64,000 bases of DNA, taken from positions 48,564-112,563 of the forward strand of contig CAMNFR010000002.1 in the NCBI GenBank assembly GCA_946537305.1, written 5' to 3'. Below the pieces are notes generated by a model. The model worked only from the letters and a program-made list of their open reading frames with translations, was not told the DNA's origin and searched no databases. Of the stretch, positions 8,919 to 16,998 are shown piece after piece; the stretch's first letter is position 1; the number at the start of each line of letters is the position of its first letter. The position numbers were made by a program, and so were the translations under genes. This DNA comes from an uncultured Lachnospiraceae bacterium. GTDB lineage: Bacteria > Bacillota > Clostridia > Lachnospirales > Lachnospiraceae.

Positions 8919-9935
8919 ATGCTGGCAGTATTTCAATATGCTTTTAACGCGGTAAGTCCGATTCTTATATTAGGTGCCATCGGCTATCTGGCCCGGCAGA
9001 TGGGCTGGTTCACAAAAGACGCCCTGAAGGCAATGAACCGGTTCAATTTTCGCTTCTGCCTGAGCTGTTTAATGTTTGTGAACGTATATGAAGCAGAAAA
9101 CTCTATGGGGCTTGTACCTTCACTGCTTCTGACCTTGTTTGCTGCGCTGATTCTGCTGACGGTCGTGGGGGTTGCGGCGGCGAACCTGGTCACGAAGGAT
9201 GGCAGCCGGAAGGCTATTCTGGTGCAGGCGGCGTTTCGCTCTAACTACGCCATCATTGGGCTTCCGGTGGTCGCTTCCCTGGCAGGGCAGGAAGCCCTGG
9301 GCTTGGCTAGCCTGTTCCAGATCCCTTGCGTCATGTACTACAATGGAATGTCAGTATTCCTGCTTTTGCACTATGCCGGGCAGCATAGTGATTCAGAAAA
9401 TCCTGTCCGCAAGGTAGTGACGGGCATTCTGACCAATCCGCTGATCGACGGCCTGCTGGTCGGGACCGCGGTTCTCCTGCTGCGTCCTCTGATTCCGACC
9501 GGTGCGGACGGACAGATGCTCTTCACCATTTCCGGGAGCCTTCCCTGGGCCTATCAGGTCGTCAAATACCTGGCCAATATGTCCACACCGCTGGCACTGA
9601 TCGTACTGGGCGGGCAGATGGATTTTAAGAGCATTGCTGGTTTTCGGCGTGAGCTGATCACCGGGGTCTTTCTGCGTCTGGTCGTCGCGCCGGCACTGGG
9701 TTTTCTGGTGCTTTTTGTGTCCTACGGATTGGGGCTGGTGGATCTTCCCCGGGCTGTTGTGGCCTTGGTGACCGCCGTCTTTTCATCGCCCCTGGCGGCG
9801 GCTTCGGTAGTAATGGCTGCGGAGATGAACGGAGATGATCAGCTCTGCGGGCAGATCGTGGCCTGGACCAGCGCACTGGGTATGTTCTCGCTGTTTGTTG
9901 TGATCTCGCTGCTAAGAGCGACCGGCTGGCTGTAA
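8919..9935 (+). CDS. AEC-family (auxin efflux carrier-type) membrane transporter
   Basis: 338 aa with about 10 hydrophobic segments. The N-terminus FNAVSPILILGAIGYLARQ and overall pattern are typical of the AEC/membrane transport protein family. Confidence 0.8.
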   Translation: MLAVFQYAFNAVSPILILGAIGYLARQMGWFTKDALKAMNRFNFRFCLSCLMFVNVYEAENSMGLVPSLLLTLFAALILLTVVGVAAANLVTKDGSRKAILVQAAFRSNYAIIGLPVVASLAGQEALGLASLFQIPCVMYYNGMSVFLLLHYAGQHSDSENPVRKVVTGILTNPLIDGLLVGTAVLLLRPLIPTGADGQMLFTISGSLPWAYQVVKYLANMSTPLALIVLGGQMDFKSIAGFRRELITGVFLRLVVAPALGFLVLFVSYGLGLVDLPRAVVALVTAVFSSPLAAASVVMAAEMNGDDQLCGQIVAWTSALGMFSLFVVISLLRATGWL

Positions 9936-9985
9936 GATATCGTCTCTGCAAAAGCCTGCTCAAAAAGTATTCGGCAATTTCACGG

Positions 9986-10021
9986 AAAGTCCCCGGCGGT
10001 TGACGTGGGGGACTTTTTTTC
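9986..10021 (+). terminator. Rho-independent terminator after AEC transporter
   Basis: The stem aaagtcccc/ggggacttt has a 12-nt loop and is followed by a T-run (ttttttt). Confidence 0.6.
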
Positions 10022-10135
10022 GTATACTCAGAAGAAGATGCCGGTATGACCGGCGGGCAGCCAGACACAAATAACAGCTTGTGTAGGGCTTCACCAGAAC
10101 CTGCGTGATAATGGAATGCAGAACGGGAGAATACT

Positions 10136-12442
10136 ATGGGATATGGATTTCTTGTCTTTCTGTGCAGTGCATTGATCCTGGCCGCTCTGGGCGGCTTGTT
10201 TTACGTGCTGCGGAAAAAATTCCGGTGGAACACGAAAGTGTCTCTGCTGCTGTACATTTTTATCCTGATCTGGAGCGCCCGCTTTGCGGTTTGCTTTGCA
10301 GGAAACGTGGAAGGATCAGCTGGTCTCAGCGCCGGTGAAAAGCTGATGGACAGTCTGGTACACACCCTGCAGACATTCAGTATGGATGAAAGCTATACGG
10401 CGTTTACCCTGGAGGGAAAACGTCTGTTGGCAGATGTTTATGGGTACTCCTTCCTGGCAGAGGTCTACGGCGTGGTCATTTCCGCCCTGGACATCTTTGC
10501 GCCGATCATGGGAGGAGCTATATTATTGGAGATCCTGACCAGTGCATTCCCCAGACTGTATCTGGCCGTACGGCCCTTCCGCCGGAAATTTGTCTTTTCA
10601 GAGATGAATGAGGCGGCCGTTACACTGGCGGAGGACATCTGCCGCGGGGATCATTTTCAGACCATTCTCCGTCAGGGCGCGCTGGAGTTCCGGCCGCTGA
10701 TCGTCTTTACGGATGCCTATCCGGATCAGGAATCCGAGGCGAAATCTGAGTTGTTCGGCCGCGCAAGAGCGATGAAGGCCGTCAGCATCAAAACAGACCT
10801 CACGCATCTTCGGTTTGTGAGATCTAAATCGGTCTACTATTTCCTGATGGATGAGGACGAGGATAAGAGTATTACAGCACTCGCGGGACTGTTGGACGGC
10901 ACCGCGGAGGGTGAAATTATGTGGCCGGAGGGCACCGAAGAGGACGGCGGCGAGCCGCGCACCAAGGTGTTTGCCTTCTGCCGCAGCCGCATGAGCGCTA
11001 CGATGATCCGCAACCTGGTGGAAAGCAGTCCCCGGGGAGCAAAGATGATGGTACGTCCCATCCGTGACTATGCGAATACTGCCATCAGCCTGATGTATGA
11101 AGTGCCGCTGTTCACGGCGCTTGCGGGGCGGACGGAGGCGGAAGCGAATGCAGCGCAGACAGATGAAAAAGCGGAAGCTGCACAGACAAAGGAAAAAACG
11201 ACGGCAGAACGCCCGGGAAAAACGATCATAGTAGATGGATTTGCTACGGAAAAGGATGCCGAGGGGAGAATCGGCGGTCTGGTTCCTGTCCGGGAGCTTC
11301 ATGTGGCGATCCTTGGGAGCGGCAGCATCGCCGAGGAAGTAATGAAGGCCGTATACTGGTGCGGCCAGATGGGCGGCATTCAGCTGTATATCCACGTGCT
11401 GTCACAGGAGGCGCCTGCGCTGATGGAACGCCTGAAGCGGGTGTGTCCGGAAATGATAGCTGTGTGCGAAGCCGATTCCGACCTGCTGAAGATCTATCCG
11501 AAGAGCGATTCGTCCCTGAAGAATCCTCCGTATGCCATTCTTTCCGGTCTGGATACGTCCGTGGATGTGGAAGATCTTACCTCTTATCCGGCCGGTCTTC
11601 TGGAGAAGACCGATTACTTTGTGGTAGCGCTGGGATCGGATGAGAAAAACATTTATGTGGCCACGGAGCTGCGCCGGGAACTGACGCGCCGCGCGCTGCT
11701 TAGCGGAGCGGACCGGCATCCGGTCATTGCACCGGCCATCTTTGAGGATCGTCTGGCAGAGTCTATTACGATCAAGGTCCCCGGAGCTTATGAGCCCTAT
11801 CTGGTGCCGTTTGCCACGCTGGAAAAACGCTTCAGCTGTCAGAATGTGTTCATGGTAGATGTGACCGCGGAGGCGCTGGCCGGTGCGGATCTCTACGATG
11901 CCAAGCATCACGAAAAACAGAAAAAGGATGAATACTACGACTGGGCCAATACAGCCCGCGCCGTGCATGCGCCGTACAAGCTCTTTGCCATGGGTGCCGT
12001 CACGGGGGTAGATTTGACCGCGCCTGCGTCTAAGCGTTTCCTGGGGACAAAGACAGACATCCGCCCGGATGACGCCGCGTTTTCCTGGATGGAGCATCGC
12101 CGGTGGAATGCCTTCCAGCGTACCCAGGGTTTCCGCGCCCCCACAAAGGAGCAGCACGACCGTTATTATAAGGAAACATTATCCCACAAGCATGTGGAGC
12201 TGAAGCTGCATCCCTGCCTGGTGGAAAGCAGCCTGCGCGGCAAAGACATGCCGAAGGAGATTCCCTTTGATGAAAGCGTTTACGACGCACTGGATCTTGT
12301 GTCTGCCTATGACTATCACCTGATGTGTGAGACAAAGCGGAAGGAGGAGACAGCCGAAGGGCGGCAAGGCGGCGAGTACAAACAGTGGGATGATTATGAG
12401 AACGATGAGGCAGCAAGGGCCCTGATGGATAGGCTGGCATAG
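10136..12442 (+). CDS. Membrane protein with central Rossmann-like domain and C-terminal RyR-like module
   Basis: 768 aa. It has 3-4 N-terminal TM segments and VAILGSGSIAEEV (GxGxxA after a beta-strand). The C-terminal ARAVHAPYKLF...WMEHRRWNAFQRTQGF...KLHPCLVES resembles the RyR-domain pattern (..HE.W....GW....HP.LVP). Confidence 0.7.
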   Translation: MGYGFLVFLCSALILAALGGLFYVLRKKFRWNTKVSLLLYIFILIWSARFAVCFAGNVEGSAGLSAGEKLMDSLVHTLQTFSMDESYTAFTLEGKRLLADVYGYSFLAEVYGVVISALDIFAPIMGGAILLEILTSAFPRLYLAVRPFRRKFVFSEMNEAAVTLAEDICRGDHFQTILRQGALEFRPLIVFTDAYPDQESEAKSELFGRARAMKAVSIKTDLTHLRFVRSKSVYYFLMDEDEDKSITALAGLLDGTAEGEIMWPEGTEEDGGEPRTKVFAFCRSRMSATMIRNLVESSPRGAKMMVRPIRDYANTAISLMYEVPLFTALAGRTEAEANAAQTDEKAEAAQTKEKTTAERPGKTIIVDGFATEKDAEGRIGGLVPVRELHVAILGSGSIAEEVMKAVYWCGQMGGIQLYIHVLSQEAPALMERLKRVCPEMIAVCEADSDLLKIYPKSDSSLKNPPYAILSGLDTSVDVEDLTSYPAGLLEKTDYFVVALGSDEKNIYVATELRRELTRRALLSGADRHPVIAPAIFEDRLAESITIKVPGAYEPYLVPFATLEKRFSCQNVFMVDVTAEALAGADLYDAKHHEKQKKDEYYDWANTARAVHAPYKLFAMGAVTGVDLTAPASKRFLGTKTDIRPDDAAFSWMEHRRWNAFQRTQGFRAPTKEQHDRYYKETLSHKHVELKLHPCLVESSLRGKDMPKEIPFDESVYDALDLVSAYDYHLMCETKRKEETAEGRQGGEYKQWDDYENDEAARALMDRLA

Positions 12443-12460
12443 TGAAAAGAAAAGACAGAA

Positions 12461-12506
12461 AAAGGGATCTCTGGATGAAAAAGCCAGGGTATCCCTTTTT
12501 CTTTGC
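12461..12506 (+). terminator. Rho-independent terminator candidate
   Basis: aaagggatctctgg ... ccagggtatcccttt forms an imperfect hairpin followed by ttctttg. It separates 10136-12442 from the big cluster. Confidence 0.5.
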
Positions 12507-12569
12507 CTGAAGTGAATAATTTATCACAATGCTTCCGCACAAACGTAGTAAGGAAGAGTATCGTATTAC

Positions 12570-12598
12570 TTGAAGTGTCGTCAGTTTTGGGCTAAGAT
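12570..12598 (+). promoter_or_regulatory. Sigma-A-type promoter candidate for the large cluster
   Basis: TTGAAG (12570-12575), a 17-nt spacer, then TAAGAT (12593-12598). It lies about 25 nt upstream of the first cluster ORF, which has an SD (aaggaagg). Confidence 0.4.
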
Positions 12599-12622
12599 AT
12601 ATCCTAAGGAAGGTGACAGGGC

Positions 12623-13048
12623 ATGAATAATACCAGAAATGATTTTGATATGTTCCGGATGACGGAGGAGGAAGAGGGCGGTCAGAACTTTACGCAGTCG
12701 GATCCGGGGAAAGCGCAAAAAGGCTTCCGCCTGGAGGAGGAGCCTCTTTTGGTCCGCGACCGCAAAAAGATCATACAGTGCGCTGTCATTCTTGCGGCGG
12801 TATTTATTGTAAGCTATGTGATCTGGCCGATGGATATTTCTAATTTTTATCTGACAAATGCGGCTGTGGAGAAGTTTGTACAGGGACTGTTCTCTATGAA
12901 CGGAACCCTTCTTGCGGAGGGCGGAAAGGAAATGCTGCTGTGTATGCTGCAAGACCTTGCTCAGATTGGCCGGGCTTTTCTTACGGTAATTGTGTCTCTT
13001 GTGATCATGAAACTGACGGTTCTGCGAAAGAAAAAAACGAGGAGATAG
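12623..13048 (+). CDS. Small 2-TM membrane protein, no recognised family
   Basis: 141-aa ORF with an SD. It has two hydrophobic segments (AVILAAVFIVSYVIWPM; FLTVIVSLVIMKLTVL) and ends 8 nt before the next ORF. Confidence 0.55.
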   Translation: MNNTRNDFDMFRMTEEEEGGQNFTQSDPGKAQKGFRLEEEPLLVRDRKKIIQCAVILAAVFIVSYVIWPMDISNFYLTNAAVEKFVQGLFSMNGTLLAEGGKEMLLCMLQDLAQIGRAFLTVIVSLVIMKLTVLRKKKTRR

Positions 13049-13055
13049 AAGTGCT

Positions 13056-16000
13056 ATGAGTCGAGTGATCCGCTTGTTTGTCAGCTCTACCTTTAAGGAT
13101 TTTGCGGATGAGCGCGATGCGCTGATGCAGCACACATTTTCCACACTTCAGGAGGAATGCCGGAGAGATGGAATATCCTTCCAGGTCCTGGACCTTCGGT
13201 GGGGGATTTCCGAGCAGTCTGCTTTGAATAACGACACGCTCCGGATCTGTCTGGAAGAAATCGAACGGTGTCAGCGAATTTCTCCCGATGTGAATTTCCT
13301 CCTTATGGTGGGGGAGCGTTCGGGCTGGCACCCTCTGCCGACAGAAATATCCCGCGGGGAATGGGAACTCTTGATGCAGGCCGGTGAACATGCCGCGGCA
13401 AAGGATGTCGGTTGGCCCCGCTTGAAAAGCCTGATGGAAGCCTGGTATGCAGTGGATGAAAACGACATGGAGTGCCCAAGATGCCTGCGCCCGAGGGAGG
13501 GGATCTACGCTGAGGATCCAGCGGCGTTTCACACAGCAGAGAAGGAATTGAGGGAAGGGCTGGTCTGGCTGGTGGAACAAGCAGGCCTCCCGTCGGAGGA
13601 GATGGGAAAATATCAGGATTCAGCGACCACACAGGAAATCGTGAGAGGGCTGCTGCGCAATCCCGACCGGCTGCGCGGGCAGACTTTTGCCATGTTTCAG
13701 GATGATCCGGACAGTGTGGAAGATGAAATCAGCCGCGCGGAATGTCGCAGACTCCGGGAACGGATTCGACAGAATCTCCCGGACAGCCAGATTCATACCT
13801 ACCGAGTGGGCGACAATGCATACCTGGCTGCGGTAGAGGCCTTTTTACGTCAAAAAATTCAGGAAGAGAAAGAACGGTACCAGGCGATTGGCGCCTTTGA
13901 AGAGACACTGCGCAGCGAGGAGCGGGAGCAGCATTATCTGGAGCGGGGATATAGCAGCAGAGGGGAGCTGGAAGAGGCGTTTGCACGTTTTCTGGAGAGC
14001 CATGCCGGAGAGACGTTGCTGCTGACCGGCCCTTCGGGGAGCGGGAAAAGCTGGCTGATCCGTTATTTTTTGCGGGAGGCAGGCGAAAACATAACGGCAG
14101 CTGTCTTTACGGATGTGCAGCCAGCCTGTCGCCGAATGCAAAATATATACGCCTATCTGCTGTACAGGCTGGGCATCTCCGTCGGAAAAGCACCCGCAGA
14201 CAATGCCGAACTGAGGAATTGGTTCGAAAAAGCACTGCAATCTCTGCCGGAAGATCGGCCGGTCCGTATTTTTGTGGACTGTGTGGAAGGGATTGAGGAT
14301 TGGCGGGAGCAGGCGGACAGTCTGCTGGGTATCACGGTGCCCCGGAATGTAACGCTTATCGTAAGCGCCATCAGCCAAAACGCACTGAAGAGGCAGGAGC
14401 GGGAGATGAAAATCCCCTGTTTCAGCATGCCGCCTCTTTCGCGAGCGGGGGCTGTCCGTCAGATCCTGGAATACCTGGAAAAAGGTGGACGGCGGCTGAC
14501 GGCGCATCAACAGGAGATTCTTTCGGAAAATATCCCGGAGACGCCGATCCCGCTGCAGGCTGCGGTGATTGCCGAAGGGCTGATGCGCCAACGCAGCTTT
14601 ACAGCTTTTGTGCCGCAGGATTCGCTGTATTCGTTAGAGGATACCTTGCGGTATTTCTGCCTTCGGACAGGACAAAAAGAATATACGGTGCTGCGGCGTC
14701 ATATTCTGGGATATTTTGCGCTGGTGCATGTCGGGTTACAGGAAGAAGAACTGCTCCGATTATTGACAGTTGATGAAGCAGTGCAAAAAGAGATCCGGAA
14801 TATTCACGGCGATGATAACAGAAGGCTGCAGAATGCGCTTGCGATTTCGTTTCCCCCGGCACTCTGGGCCAGGGCATATTATGAGATACGTCCTGTGCTG
14901 ACGGAGATCCGTCAGGATGGAATGATATTGCTTTCCCTTCGTCATAATCGTCTGAGAGAGGCAATCCTACGTCTCCTGGAAAAAACAGAAGTGCGGGCTC
15001 TGCAGGAAAATCTGGTGCGGTATTTTCAGGACGAAGAGAGAAATCCATGGGCTTGGATTTCAGGGAAGGGAGAGATCCATCCCAACCGCAGAAAATATGA
15101 GGAGCTGGAGCCTCTGCTCCGGACGTCGGACCGGGAGGAGGACAGGCGCCGCTTCCTGGAAGATGTTAGATATGCAGACTGCGCCCTTCGCTTTGGCGGC
15201 CTTCTTTCTTTGGTGAAGATTTATGAGCAGTGGGTCCGCAGGAAAAAAGAGAGCGGGACGCCGGCGGAAATTCTGTTCCTGCTGCAGGAAAAGCCGGAAC
15301 TTTTTTCGCTGTTCCCGGATTCCTTTCTGCCGGCAGTGGTATCGCGTGGGCTGGCATCTGACAGGCTGCTCAGAGAATATCGCCTTCCGGGTTATATCAA
15401 AGGACAGGAAAAGAGCCGAAAAGCCGGAAGATATCATTTTCATGATATGGAACAAGGGCGGATGGCCCTGCGTGCCGATGGTATTCTGGCAGTCCTCTCC
15501 CGGGGAATGATTCATATGGCTGATCTTAGACTGGGAATCACACTTCCGGTGTATTGCAGGGTGCCGATGGAGGATGGCTGGATCTACTGGAATCGAGAAG
15601 ACTTATGCGTGCGGGATGAAAGCCGGCGGGTGGTCCTGTGTTTCGACGGAGAGGAATTGTTCGTGCGTGCTGTAATGCCTGCGACCCCGTATGAAAAGAT
15701 AGAGGCCCCGGACCGGCTGCAGCCGACAGATCCCTATGCCTGGCCGGAGTATGAGGTCATGTTCTCCCCGTATTACCGGCATCTGTCCTTCCGTGGGCGA
15801 AATGGCGTTACGAGAGCTGCACTTCCTTATGAGGAGGATGAATCGCCCCGGGTGCGGTTCCGCGCACATACAGTCTGCATAGAGACCAAGGGACGATATT
15901 TGGATATTATTGACGCGCAGGCAGGCCGTCTGCGTGGGAAGAGAAGAAGTTATTTTGCCATCGATGAATATACGGTTACATCCGACGGAAGGTTTGTGCT

Positions 16001-16970
16001 TGTCCGCCTGCTGGACGGCAGTATGACGTTGGTGGATACCGAAGTGCTCCCCGCTGGGGAAGCGGTCGATCTTCGGGAAAATATCGGAGGTGCGTCCGGC
16101 TTGCGGAGAACACTGGCGGAAGTGGGGAAAATGTTCTTCGCAGGCGCCAGGTCGGCCATCAATACGGATATCGCCGTAAAAGACGGATATACCGCACTTC
16201 ACAGGGGCGATGCAGATAAGGGAACAGATCTTTTGCCGCAACGGATGGTGTTTTCTCTTCGGTACGGATATGCAGCCTGCTATTATCGCAGGGGAAGTTC
16301 CAGTATGCTTGGCATTTATTCTCTGAAGGATCATCAGCTGCTCCGTATGGAGGAAGATATTCCCGAAATGTTTGAGAGCGATCAGGTACGGCTGCCCATG
16401 TACACGGTCCGGAACGGAAGATGCGTTGTTCTGTGCCTGGGTGGAGCCTGGCATCTGTATGATATAGAAAGCGGCGCGCACGAAGTTTGTGCGGAACGTC
16501 CGAAGGAGGATGCAGATGAAAAACTATCGGCGATGATCCGGGAACAATATGCGTCCGGGATCATGGAATACCGCACACAGTCGGAGGGAAGCGTGAGCCG
16601 GCACACGGCGGATCTGTCCGGCGTGGAAGGAAGGAGCGCGCTGGGAAAAATATCAGATGACGCGCTGGAAGCGGTAATTAAATCCTTACGGGTAGTGCTG
16701 TTCCGCGGAGAACGAAAATTCCGGGATGCAGGGATGCTGTATGAGGAATTAAGACATCTGCCGGTATGTTTCGATCCGGAAAAGGGATATTTCTGGCTGA
16801 TCGATCCTGTCCATGATATGATCCATGTTTATGACGTCCACGGAAGGTGCCTGGCCCGGGATCAGATTGATATGGATGCCACATGGGCGGATATAGATGA
16901 ATACGGAAGACTGGTAGTGATGTCCGGCGACAGCGGGCAGTCTGTGATCAGAGAGCTGATTACAGTATAA
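13056..16970 (+). CDS. DUF4062 (TIR-like) - STAND/NACHT-like P-loop NTPase - beta-propeller-like repeat protein
   Basis: 1304 aa. The N-terminus IRLFVSSTFKDFADERDALMQHTF...LDLRWGI is the DUF4062 pattern. Walker A is LLLTGPSGSGKSWL (14028-14051) and Walker B-like is VRIFVDCVEG. The C-terminal ~550 aa holds repeated blade-like strings (VVLCFDGEELFV, FVLVRLLDGSMTLVD, CVVLCLGGAWHLYD, FWLIDPVHDMIHVYD, RLVVMSGDSGQSVI). Confidence 0.82.
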   Translation: MSRVIRLFVSSTFKDFADERDALMQHTFSTLQEECRRDGISFQVLDLRWGISEQSALNNDTLRICLEEIERCQRISPDVNFLLMVGERSGWHPLPTEISRGEWELLMQAGEHAAAKDVGWPRLKSLMEAWYAVDENDMECPRCLRPREGIYAEDPAAFHTAEKELREGLVWLVEQAGLPSEEMGKYQDSATTQEIVRGLLRNPDRLRGQTFAMFQDDPDSVEDEISRAECRRLRERIRQNLPDSQIHTYRVGDNAYLAAVEAFLRQKIQEEKERYQAIGAFEETLRSEEREQHYLERGYSSRGELEEAFARFLESHAGETLLLTGPSGSGKSWLIRYFLREAGENITAAVFTDVQPACRRMQNIYAYLLYRLGISVGKAPADNAELRNWFEKALQSLPEDRPVRIFVDCVEGIEDWREQADSLLGITVPRNVTLIVSAISQNALKRQEREMKIPCFSMPPLSRAGAVRQILEYLEKGGRRLTAHQQEILSENIPETPIPLQAAVIAEGLMRQRSFTAFVPQDSLYSLEDTLRYFCLRTGQKEYTVLRRHILGYFALVHVGLQEEELLRLLTVDEAVQKEIRNIHGDDNRRLQNALAISFPPALWARAYYEIRPVLTEIRQDGMILLSLRHNRLREAILRLLEKTEVRALQENLVRYFQDEERNPWAWISGKGEIHPNRRKYEELEPLLRTSDREEDRRRFLEDVRYADCALRFGGLLSLVKIYEQWVRRKKESGTPAEILFLLQEKPELFSLFPDSFLPAVVSRGLASDRLLREYRLPGYIKGQEKSRKAGRYHFHDMEQGRMALRADGILAVLSRGMIHMADLRLGITLPVYCRVPMEDGWIYWNREDLCVRDESRRVVLCFDGEELFVRAVMPATPYEKIEAPDRLQPTDPYAWPEYEVMFSPYYRHLSFRGRNGVTRAALPYEEDESPRVRFRAHTVCIETKGRYLDIIDAQAGRLRGKRRSYFAIDEYTVTSDGRFVLVRLLDGSMTLVDTEVLPAGEAVDLRENIGGASGLRRTLAEVGKMFFAGARSAINTDIAVKDGYTALHRGDADKGTDLLPQRMVFSLRYGYAACYYRRGSSSMLGIYSLKDHQLLRMEEDIPEMFESDQVRLPMYTVRNGRCVVLCLGGAWHLYDIESGAHEVCAERPKEDADEKLSAMIREQYASGIMEYRTQSEGSVSRHTADLSGVEGRSALGKISDDALEAVIKSLRVVLFRGERKFRDAGMLYEELRHLPVCFDPEKGYFWLIDPVHDMIHVYDVHGRCLARDQIDMDATWADIDEYGRLVVMSGDSGQSVIRELITV

Positions 16971-16998
16971 AAACGATAGGGTGAAAGGGGGAGAAAAC

